From: Tubulanus polymorphus
Taxonomy: Eukaryota; Animalia; Nemertea
Length of the DNA: 64,000 nucleotides
Reading direction: 5' to 3'
NCBI RefSeq assembly: GCF_964204645.1
Contig: NC_134030.1
Location: 19,490,210 to 19,554,209, forward strand
Both the position numbers and the translations under genes were made by a program. Positions 49,490-60,132 of this stretch are shown in pieces. Positions within the stretch are counted from its first letter, which is position 1. The number at the start of each line of letters is the position of its first letter. Below the pieces are notes generated by a model that made no database searches, had not been told where the DNA came from, and saw only the letters and a list, made by a program, of their open reading frames with translations.

Positions 49490-49731
49490 CAATCATTATT
49501 ATTATTATTATTACTATTATTATTATTATTATTATCATTATTATTATTATTATCACTTTTATTATTATCATTATGAGTATCTTTACCTAAATTACTGAAA
49601 TATTAATGGTTATGGTATATTGCCGTAATTATGATTATCATTGTATTTGTATTTGTATAAGTTATTGTTGTCATCATTATTAGAATTGTTATTATCATTA
49701 TTAGTATTAGTATTATTATTATTAGAATTTG

Positions 49732-49789
<58 letters not shown>

Positions 49790-49920
49790 GATTAGCATTA
49801 CATGTATTATTATTGTTAGCATTATTATTATTATAATTATCATTATTATTATTATTATTATTATTATTGATTAGCATAATTATTATTGTTAGCATTAAGA
49901 TTATTAATAGCATTATTTAT
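49447..49920. repeat. (ATT)n-rich microsatellite in LINE 3' UTR
   Basis: Directly visible. Confidence 0.95.
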
Positions 49921-50179
49921 AAGTATCACTGCACATTCCCCTGCACTCTGCACAAGGTTCCAGCGCCTTAATTTTATGTACAGCCTGTTGGCTTGCACTG
50001 GATACCTCGTAACTGGTTTACGAAAATAAATTATTATTATTATTATTAAAAAAGATTAAGCTGTATGAGTAATCGGAAAATTTCAAATATCATAACTCAA
50101 AAATAATAATTAAACTCTAAATATTCATATTCAAAATAAGATATTTCAAATTACTTTGAATTTTTTTTTCTTAAAATAA

Positions 50180-50401
50180 ATGGATGATTTCGGCATTCCA
50201 ACTGGGAAAAAAGATTTGAAACATTATTTAGTTGCTGGAGGTTTAATATTGGCAGCACTTTTGTTTTACTATGAGAACATTAGTAAAGATTTGATGAATG
50301 AAAATATAAAATTGAGTAAAAAGTTAAAGAAGTTAAATGGAAACAATCACAGAAAAAATAACAATAAAAAGGTTAATGATTTAAATGATATTGAGGATTA
50401 A
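50180..50401 (+). CDS. Small single-TM protein of element B
   Basis: ATG-started 73 aa with hydrophobic YLVAGGLILAALLFYY followed by a basic, coiled-coil-like tail. Confidence 0.45.
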   Translation: MDDFGIPTGKKDLKHYLVAGGLILAALLFYYENISKDLMNENIKLSKKLKKLNGNNHRKNNNKKVNDLNDIED

Positions 50402-50448
50402 AACAACATCTTTTCATTTAATTTATTTCATATATTTTGACCATAAAA

Positions 50449-50754
50449 ATGAGTGAAAATAAGGTATTAGAAATATTACATCTAATATATAAAAATCAAC
50501 AGAATATTAAATCAATTATTATGATTTCAGGTTTATTTTCTTTCTCAGTTTATACTATAAAACAGTTGTTAGAATTTTAGGATAGCTGTAAAATTAGAGA
50601 CGCTGAATTGAAAGATAACATAAATTATATTCTAGATAGATTGAATTATATTAAATGCTGTGAAATTTGTAATAAAAGATATACAAATTTAAAGAGTTTA
50701 AAAACTCATAGATATATTCATGAATTAGATGATAGGTTACATAATTCAAATTAA
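50449..50754 (+). pseudogene. TM + C2H2 zinc-finger ORF with one in-frame stop
   Basis: MSENKVLEIL..SIIMISGLFSFSVY..F*DSC..CEICNKRYTNLKSLKTHRYIH. Confidence 0.55.
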
Positions 50755-51585
50755 GATAAATGATATTTCAAATAATGCCCCCTTATGTCTTTATTGTCTT
50801 TAGTAGGCTTAGTACTTTTAGTACATAAAGAATAAATCTTTATTTTATTAGTAGTTGAAAAATAAAATAGAACTACTAAACTACTAAGGAGATAAAGACC
50901 CAGTTTCAATAATAATATTTATTTATCACAGAGATTTATTATATATTACTGTTTTAAAATAATAATTATCATAGATTTATTAAATATTACTGTTTCAGTA
51001 ATGATAAATATATGTCTTTATTTTCTTTAGTAGTTTTAGTACTTTTTGAAAATAATTTAAATCAGTAAGAATAATATAAAGATTTATTCTTTATGTACTA
51101 AAAGTACTAAAACTACTAATGACAATAAAGATACAACCAACCATTAAGGGTAAAAGAATATTTTAAAGCGTAAGGTTTCAGCTAACTCTAACTCTTTTTC
51201 AATTTTTAATTTATTTTAATAAAAATTTGATATATAAATGTACCCCAAATAATGAACAATACATTGAATCTTCATTAAGTGGTTGAAAAATTATATAATT
51301 CAAATTGAGAATAAGACTGTTAAATTGGTTGAAAATATAAAATATTGGCTGAAATATTAGTTAATTGAAAAAAAGGGGTTGGGGTATTAATGTATTAAAT
51401 ACGTATCTAATACGTATTGATGTAATAAATACGTATTAATGGTATTAAATACGTATTAATGTATTAAATACATATTATGCTTTATTTCTGAAAATGAAGT
51501 CACAGAAGTAATTTATGTTTTAATTCATTCAAATATGATATTGTAATTCTTTACATTTGACTAGGATAATACAAGAGTGATATTA

Positions 51586-51906
51586 GTTAGTTGGCTTATT
51601 CAATTAGAGAAACAATAAAATAAAATTAACAGTTAAAATTATTTAATTTCTTTTTAAATCTTGGTAAATTCTATTCAGTCTATTGTTCAACAAGAATTGA
51701 CTAGAATTCAAGTAGATTCAACAAGAAATTAAATGATTTTAACTGTTAGTAGTTTCTATTTAATTTCTTATTGAATCTATTTGAATTCTAGTCAATTCTT
51801 GTTAAACAATAGACTGAATAGAATTTAACAAGATTTAAAAAGAAATTAAATAATTTTAACTGTTGATATTATTTTATTGTTTCTCTAATTGAATAAGCCA
51901 ACTAAC
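51586..51906. repeat. Long AT-rich hairpin (~150-bp arms)
   Basis: GTTAGTTGGCTTATTCAATTAGAGAAAC... pairs with ...GTTTCTCTAATTGAATAAGCCAACTAAC. Confidence 0.9.
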
Positions 51907-52847
51907 ATTGAGCAGTGATTAGTTTTAATTTATTGTGTCCGGTGGATTCCTTTTACAAAAAAAAGATTAAATCATAAAAATCGTGTTGTTTTGCCTGAAA
52001 TTATTGGACACATGCACGAAGACATGTCTGCCATGGCCCTCCGTGTCAATTAACCAATGTATTCAAGGCGTTTTGAAGACTACAACATAAATCTTTCGAC
52101 AATGTTATCAATTGGAACTGAACTGATTTCTCGGTGGTGGTGTTCACGCGTGAATAGTGCCCACAAACCTCTTTTTGACGTATTTTACTCGTAAAACCGA
52201 TGTCTCAGCTAAAATGACATAGTTTGCATCCATATTATATCTTTATCAAAAATAAAAACACTGCTACCTGCTCAATATTTTAAAACTGTGTTTTGCTAGA
52301 TCAGAATCAACCGCCGGCCAGGTGGTCATTTTCAGAGATCCTTAAACTCAGAAGTAAGGTATCTTTTTGTGTTGATATTTTAACGAATTAGCTTTCTCAC
52401 GCACGCACGGTCCGTGTTTTCGTGTCGTCGGTATCGGTTATAGGTCTTTGATGTAAGATATATGTTCCACCGTTCTTGTTCTTTGGTGGTAAAATAAAAC
52501 GGCTAGTTGTTTTTGAGTTCCGTGTGTTCTTGTCTGTGAGTGGAAATCGGCCCACAACAAAATCGTCGGATCGTGAATCTTAAGGGCCTGTCAAAAATCT
52601 TCAGCTGAGTTGTAACGTTAACCTAGTTATGGCTTCAGTTTTAGGACGCTCTAGGCCGCCTAGAACCGTCCAGAACCCCAGGACAAGAAAAAAGGAGAAG
52701 TGAACGAAAAGTAATGCAGGTACGATTCGGCGCTGGTAAGTCGCATGTGCCGAGAGTTGAGAGTTTGAAACAAACTCCCTTTACCCGTCTATGTCCTTCA
52801 CGTATGCATGGGAATTCAACGAAAGAATACCCCCGTTCTTTAAATTA

Positions 52848-53420
52848 GCCACAGTAGCTCATTGGGATAAGGCGTGATGCTGTCGCAGCGCTATCAGTGC
52901 TGAGATGACAAGTGGGTTCGAGTCCTGCTGGCTGCTTACAGTGTGCGGACAACACTTCAATGGCTGAGATCACAGGCACTTGAATATGGGCTTTGACCTT
53001 GTTGGTGTGTTAAAGATGATAAAATTTATCGTAATCTACGATAAAAACACCAACAGGGTTGCCATCTTAATTATCCATGATGCAACTGTTTTACCCATGA
53101 TCCAATGCGCATCCCTCGTCTAACTATACTATACAGAAAGGCTGGAAACGATCCTGTCTGTCGGTGTTCGGCTGTCCCGATAATTGCGGGTAGATTTAAG
53201 CATTACGGAGATAGGATCGTTTCCAGCCTTTCTGTATAGTATAGTTAAACGACGGGCGCGCGTTGCATCATGGGTAAAATATTATAAAAAAATGGCGGAT
53301 TATCGAAGTAGGAACAACGTATCGCTGGTAAATTGTTAAATATTTATCCATTATCAAAGCCCATATTCAAGCGCCTGTGCTGTGATCCCGTCGTGAGGTT
53401 AATTGAATAATCCAATAGTG
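52848..53420 (+). mobile_element. tRNA-derived SINE (family 1) split by a nested MITE
   Basis: GCCACAGTAGCTCATTGGGATAAGGC..GGGTTCGAGTCCTGC. Body resumes GATCCCGTCGTGAGG after 53386. Confidence 0.75.
52971..53379. mobile_element. Palindromic MITE, P-element-like ends
   Basis: TIR CACAGGCACTTGAATATGGGCTTTGA / TCAAAGCCCATATTCAAGCGCCTGTG. 7-bp TSD CTG(A/T)GAT. Internal long palindrome. Confidence 0.85.
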
Positions 53421-53721
53421 TTAGTCTTGGAAAACCAGGATCCAAGTGACGTTACGCCAGAACAAAGAAACAAAGAATAAAGTGTATCTGTGTTCAAGCG
53501 GCCCGTGGAATAAGTTTGAACTTGAACTTCAACCAGAATATGGAAAAATCGTTCGCGTTTGTATCGGTAAACTTAACGCCTCAATGCCACACGTTTGTTT
53601 TTTTTTTTTACATTTTGCGACAACAAAAACAAGTTAATAATTTACACAAACGAACGCTAGTTCTGGATAATTGATTCAACAGTGTTCAGTGTCTCGGCAG
53701 ACTAGCATGATATCGGATAAA

Positions 53722-56270
53722 ATGCTCGCTTCAGTCGTACTCTTTTTGGTAATATTAAACCGTAAGTCTTTATTACGTACATCGTTCAGCTTTCGTCTGA
53801 TTTCATTGTCCTGCTTTTCCGCGGAATACATATTAAATTGAATTGAATTCAGATTTCGCTCGGTTATAAATGTTTTTCCAGCCTTATTTTTGCTATCGCT
53901 TTGTTGGGACGATATAATGCGACATAGGTCAATTCGCCGATTAAGAAATTTACTTGCAATACGATCAAAAGCAATGCCGAACTGACCTCATCACAATATC
54001 GACGAGATTCAGATTATCATGTCTTCCACGCTGAAGTTCAGGCTGCCATCACGTATGAAATTGTAGCATAAAGTCGTAAAAGGTGGATTCCGAAAAACCG
54101 AAGGGTGGGGACCGATCGATGTGCTGCTTGTTGCAGCTCAAAGGTCTCTTCGAAATTCAATTCAACTTTCATTCGGTGCCGACTTCATGAAATTAATTAA
54201 TCCGACATGAACAAACAATGATACCTTGTTTTTAATTCTGCTGATCTTAAAACTTTATCCGGCTAGCCGCCTATACCTCTACATCATTGTAATTCATTTA
54301 GATGTACATGCAAGTGGATTCGTTAAGGTTGGCGATCCGCCAGAAAATATTCGAGGAGGAGGGACGCTGGGAGCGAATTTGATGTATAACGTGACATTTC
54401 CTGCTGATGGTACAGTATACGGTTGGGAGTTCTACGTGATACGTGTCGCCCCCTGTCGGATATGGATAACGATTTGGAGAAAATCTGATGTTAATGAACT
54501 GAACGTGACACTAATCGCAAAAACACGTTTACAATACGCGGATCTGGGAGTACAAACTTTGTTATACAACGCTACTGACAGAATAAAGGTATTTAGAATA
54601 AAAGGCTTTACTTTCACTAACGGTATCAATGAAAATTTAGATGCGAAAATACGTTGCGCTTGGACTCCCAGTATTGCGATAGAACGCTTGTTACAACTAA
54701 CATTCATCCTCATTCATAGAAACATGATCACTTTTCAGGTGAAAGCCGGTGATTTTTTGGGCATCGCCCACAAGGTCCCCGACCCCGGGAATCAAGGGCA
54801 CTGCATTTCGAACAAAGGTTTCGGAACTCTTACAAATCTTTGCACGCGCGTTGTGAATACTGCAAAGTTTGATATATATTCACAATCGATTGGATCGACC
54901 AAAACGATGCCACAAAACAGATTTAAGTGTCGGCAATATTCAATAGCTGCTTTATTTTTACCGATTGATGGTAAGTCATGAAATTGATTAAAAACGTTCC
55001 GGTAACCTAATGCTTTTACTTCTTACAGTGTTTTGGCGTTGAATTGGTGTTTTAAGCAATGAGTCTTTAAGAAAATAGCGCCATATAAAACGATACTTAA
55101 ATACCATTATTATTATGATAATGATTACAATCATTTTCATAAGTATTATTATTATTTTCATTAGTTTTATTGTTATTATTCCCATAAGTATTATTATATA
55201 TCGTTGATTTCCTATCTATCTAAGTCTATACTGTGTAGCACTTTTTGGCGCCAGTAAAACCGTTTCAAAATTGCAAAACGATTTTCTTCTATTATATTGA
55301 TGCATTTTTTAGTCGTGAGTGTGTAAGTTTACGCTATGCGTCCTCGATGTTTCGACAACAGTAAAACGTACCAATATCGAAAATGCATCGCGTGTGTCTC
55401 ATCTTATCATCGATATCAAAAGTGCCTTTAAAAATATTTTTCAAATAAAGGTTGTAACATCTACCGTGCAGAGAAGAACCGTTTTGACCTATATCGTGAT
55501 ATTAATGTTTGTCATGTGCTTCCCGGGCTTGCGAATGCCTTCTTAATAATGAATTAAGTATCATGAAGTGGTTGTAATCGGTTCCATAAGTTTTTCGATG
55601 GCCTCAATGCACGTATGATGTTGAAAATTGACAAGCCGGTTTGAGTGCTTACGCTGGCTGCAATTCAAAGGCCGTGATCCCGTCGTGAGGTCGTCAGTCC
55701 ACGATCCAAACGACGCAAATCAAAACAAGCCAGCAAAAAATTCCAGGAAATGTAGGGTTCGACCCCGAAAGCAGTGTCAGAGTGCCAGCGCTTATTACCG
55801 GAGCCATCAAGGCCACGAGCTGATTGAAGTTTACATTACTTAAAGCCTAACTCCAATCCTAACCCTCTCATAATGATCGTTACCCCTAAACTCTACCCCT
55901 TATTCCTATAATCACGATTCCTATAATCACGGTTGAAAGAGCCGCCATCTTTATGCATCGATAAACTAGTCTGTGAAATAGATGATGAGCATGTGCAGTT
56001 TGAGTGATATTGTAATCAAATGAAACACTTTCAGATTATCGCTCACCAGCGCTGTATGCCGAATATAAATACACTACGGCTTCAAACGATGTGATTGAAT
56101 CGGCTGCTGGACACAGTTTGTTGACGTGCGCCGCCTGGTGTGCCAGATCGAAGCTCTGTATGTCGTATCAACATTTCGACGCGCAGAAAATATGTCAACT
56201 GATCAACAGAAAAGCACCACGAGCTCAACGAGCATCAAGCGATTCCAAGGGATGGAAGGCTTATGGATAA
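53722..56270 (+). CDS. Secreted unnamed-domain + PAN protein; paralog 4
   Basis: Exons 53722-53761 (MLASVVLFLVILN), 54302-54588, 54739-54970 and 56035-56270. GT-AG, phases 1,0,1. Confidence 0.9.
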
Positions 56271-57148
56271 AATGACATTTAAACGCTAAAATATATCTTA
56301 GGAGATTAGGGAACCAAATGGGGAGGTGCAACGCCAGGATTTCCCGCCAGATGGCGCGACGAATGCTCAGTCTTTCGTTCTCAAAATCATTCGAACTGAA
56401 TTTTTAGGCTCCCGAATTATGATTTGACGCAACAGATTCATTTTCTACTTAGCTATTGGTGTAGTTTCCATAGTATTTGATCTACGTGTTGAAGAGGAAA
56501 GTTCATTCGGTTTTCATTGAAACGTAGAAGGAATTCAACGCGAAAGACCGAGTAACTACTAGCGAACCTGGCGGATCCTTGCTTGCCACAGGAGCGTTTC
56601 GTAGTTCCCCATATCCATAGAACCGATAACAATACAAACATTTTTCTTATAAGTAAGACTAGTTTATTGACGACGCGAACGTTTTTTGCATCATGGCTTG
56701 TATAGTATACGTCATCCTCACCAGGGGAAATGCAAATGAATTGAATGAATGAACCTACAGATGTATATATGTAAAATAAGGTCGTTGTATGGCGAGTGCA
56801 CAAAACTCTTAGCTCTTTACGCTCCGTGCTAGCGAGAGTTTGATTACTTGTATGACTGCTTTTGACACTTCAACTTTTGGACAGCGAGCTTTCTCATGCC
56901 TAGCACCAAGATTTGTGCCATCTAAATCTGGATCAGTTTGACAGACATCTCAAAACCACCTTGTTCTGTGAATATTACGATAAGATTTTCCCAGAGGGCG
57001 CAATTGAACCGTATATTATCGGATCCCTTATTATTGGATCGACGTATAAGAACAATTCATTATTATTATTATTAATTCACAGGAGCCTTGTTAACTAGGT
57101 GTTCAATAAGTAAAACGAGACCGAGAGACGTTACCAGACTTTACTGGT

Positions 57149-57518
57149 CAGGCCCGTAGCCAGGAGGGGTTCGTCCGTTCTAACGAACCCCCTGTTTAGA
57201 AAGTGCCCTTTATAATTTCATTAGAATAATATCTTTGATTCAAATTGCGACGCGTTCAGGGAGCATCTAAAAACGAATTTCCTACCAGTATTAGTAAGAG
57301 GAAATGTAACACGTCACGATGACGATGACCCAAGTTCGATAGCGAGTAAAATATTCGCTAGATGCTCGGGGAATAGTTTTCGAAAGATTTTCTGCGGGTA
57401 GGCCCTCGGACTGGGCGTTGCAACAGCGGTGCTTGCTTTTCGAAGATACCGAACATGTCAATTAGTCCCATTTTTGTGATCTAAGAACGCCCCTTACAAA
57501 ATCCTAGCTACGGGCTTG
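57149..57518. mobile_element. hAT-like MITE
   Basis: CAGGCCCGTAGCCAGGA ... TCCTAGCTACGGGCTTG inverted ends. Confidence 0.6.
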
Positions 57519-57759
57519 AATAGTTAATTCATTTATTTGTGGTGCGAGTTGTCGCTACTTGCGCAGTCGCATCATCAGGTAAATGGGAGATTTTAAGTGT
57601 TAATTAGTTTTATTTGAGATATTTTGAGTATTTCAAGTGTTGTCTATGTACATTTAAGATAATGGACGTGCCGCTTCAGAATTGTTGTCGGTTTGTGCTC
57701 TCATATTTGCTATATTCTATTACTACTCTCTGCCACGCGTCACTATGGCGACAATTTTA

Positions 57760-58010
57760 ATGAAAATTCATTAAAAAATCGGAGGCTCGCTGACGATATC
57801 TGCGTTGCAGAAATAAACCGATTGTTTGCACTGCTTGAATTGACTGCTCCTGTCCCCGAAATAACTGGATTAATCTTTGCAAAAATACACCTTCCCCTCG
57901 TACTTATCCCTTCAAACCATCTAAATATACCAAAAGGAGTATTTATCATTGATAAACGGGAGGCCAGTTGGACATTCACGGCTTGAATTCAAGATATGTC
58001 TATGAACAAT
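57760..58010 (-). pseudogene. Decayed coding fragment of unknown gene, copy 2
   Basis: YLEFKP/ECPTGL...GIFRWFEG..CIFAKINPVISGT..SSSANNRFISATQ with frameshifts. Homologous to 31955-32200. Confidence 0.45.
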
Positions 58011-59356
58011 TTATAGTTCTTTAGTAAATAACGATGGAAGATTCAAAACCACTACGGAATTCAGACCAAACGACTGAACTACATCATCGAGATCTGGGAC
58101 TCCGGTTCGTTCGATCGATCTGAACTGATCCGTTCTCGCAATCGTAATGATAAATATTCCGCCTTTAGATAAGGATGATTTTAAATGTTTTATCGATTGA
58201 TCTTCGGGTCTAGTAAACACTCAGTTCATTTCGTGTTTTCGAGTATCGCCTCTGTAATATGTGTTGTCAGTATATCAAGTACTTCGTATGAAGCCAACAG
58301 GTTACATGATATTGGATTTTTCGGCGCATTCGAGTGTTTCGCCTTCAAACATTTGGTGAGAATTGTTTGCTAACTATCTTCAAAAAGTCGATTTTAATTA
58401 TACGAATAAATTAATGAATAATTGATAAATAGTGTTCACGATGTCGATGCATACGCTCCACAAGATCACTGTTGTTTTCATTGAACAACCATCGAGAATC
58501 CAATTATATTTCAAGTCTATGTTGAAATCATCAAAACGACGGTGAAAAACAAATTGAATTGGAGTGTTTGTTACTGCCTGTTCCTCTCTGTGTGACTATG
58601 AATACGATTATGCAGCGTTAGGGCATATCAGTTTTAAACAGAAAAGTGGTGCATCAAACAAACAGATTGCATGGTTCCGTGAAAAGCGAATGCTACCTGC
58701 TGGCCGCGGTGCACCTACGGTTGTTTAACTGAATCACTGATTCGTCCGTTATATGAGATAATGAAGATTCAAATTCCTAGCGACCTATGGCCGAAATAGA
58801 TCTTTGGAACGTGAGAACATTAATGAAACTATAAGACGTATATCATAGGCCAAAAGACGACCGTATAGACGTTATACAGAATAGTTTTTATTTTCCATAC
58901 CGAAGAAAATGCGAATAGGTGAAAAAAATTGGTAGCCGTTTGATTTGAACATTAACGAATACGCAAGCTTTGAGAAAACTCAACAGCGCATTTACTTGAA
59001 ATCCAGAAGTCAATGTGCTATACTAATTACTTGTTCATGATGCGTAGCACGTTGCAGCACAACGAGGGCAGGAATCGATCCCGTATCATTGTTATAGGTA
59101 GGACTGTCTCTGTTCCGTATGACTTCCCCTATGCCTCTATTTGACCAGGGGTCAGTTGCTCAAAAGTTGGTTGAAGATAACCGGCAGGTAAATACCATAG
59201 TGACAAGGACGTTCTAATTGCCACTATGTCAACTATCCACTGGTTAACTGTAACCTACTTGCTGCAGTTCCACAGTTTTGAGTTAAGATTTGACTCTTAA
59301 GTTAACTCATCGTAAATGAACTAAGGTTAACTCCAACGCACAACACTGTGGAACTG

Positions 59357-59594
59357 GATAAATGAAGAAATCCCACACTTCGAATTTGAAATTATACTAT
59401 CAAATTTATTATTACGAAACCACAACGTTTCGGCTGTTGACTAACAGCCATCATCAGGTGGAATGATGATGGCTGTTAGTCAACAGCCGAAACGTCGTGG
59501 TTTCGTAACAATAAATTTGATAGTATAATTTCAAATTCGAAGTGTGGGATTTCTTCATTTATCTACAGTTTACACGGATTATAGTGTTTATTCG
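59357..59594. mobile_element. Palindromic Penelope-like remnant
   Basis: ~100-bp inverted arms 59357-59563, a ~30-nt unpaired tail, flanking direct repeat, and a hammerhead at the centre. Confidence 0.8.
59420..59461 (-). ncRNA. Minimal type I hammerhead ribozyme
   Basis: CCAC-CUGAUGA-U-GGCUGUU-AGUC-AACAGCC-GAA-ACGU-U-GUGG. The mirror arm has a GUC triplet but lacks the 5' stem I strand. Confidence 0.75.
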
Positions 59595-60132
59595 ACAACT
59601 ACTGTGGAACTGGGTCCTTGTGAGTAACAGGCACCAGGTTAGAAGTTCCCTGTCGTGCGGAAACACTATGGCGGCGAGTTTTTGAAAAAAGACCGTGTAT
59701 TTTCAACGTTCAAATCTAACTTATAATTTGGATCATAAACTCAGCTGAGATGATTTCAATCCGCATTGGGCTACCGGCACAGACTAGATGGCGCAACGAT
59801 ACGTTCTGCAGTAATAATTGGTTCAATCATTTTGATGAAATTGTAAATGGACTTTTACGCTTCCAAATCATAAAATAATCAAATTTAATCCATAAAAAAC
59901 ATACGATTCACTTTCTCACTCAAGTATGCGGGATAAGTTTTACTGAAAATTGATTTACGTAATATTAGAAGAATCGATTCTAATTAGTGAAAATCGAGTA
60001 ACCACTTGCGACACCTAGCCGACCCCACACAGTCCTCACTGACAACACAGTAAGCGTTGCTAGTACCCCAAATCGGTGAAAAATTAAAGAAAAGCAACTT
60101 CCATGTCGTCCTTGTTCATTTGACACGTGTCA

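Larger units (their letters stand above)
47259..50047 (+). mobile_element. 5'-truncated non-LTR retrotransposon (L2/Crack/CR1 group)
   Basis: RT ORF, then a 3' UTR with (ATT)n tracts, and AATAAA plus an (ATT)n tail at 50025-50047. Confidence 0.9.
46201..51906 (+). mobile_element. Unclassified hairpin-ended, very AT-rich virus-like insertion (element B), interrupted by a LINE; right boundary uncertain
   Basis: 150-nt terminal hairpin 46201-46350 homologous to element A. Packed intronless ORFs with zinc fingers (46431-47245, 50180-50401, 50449-50754). Inverted repeats at 50785-51135 and 51586-51906. Confidence 0.7.
59265..59617. mobile_element. Harbinger-like MITE (CAGTTCCACAGT...ACTGTGGAACTGGGTCC) carrying a Penelope-like insert
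   Basis: Inverted ends. CAAC(T)ACTGTGGAACTGG is duplicated around the insert (59341-59357, 59595-59612). Confidence 0.65.

Noticed and set aside
49610-49874. Poly-Asn / poly-Leu-Ile ORFs
   Set aside because: (ATT)n microsatellite in the LINE 3' UTR.
54226-54981. 251-aa ORF as a single-exon gene
   Set aside because: It is exon 2 + intron 2 + exon 3 of paralog 4, as shown by the paralogs' splice sites.
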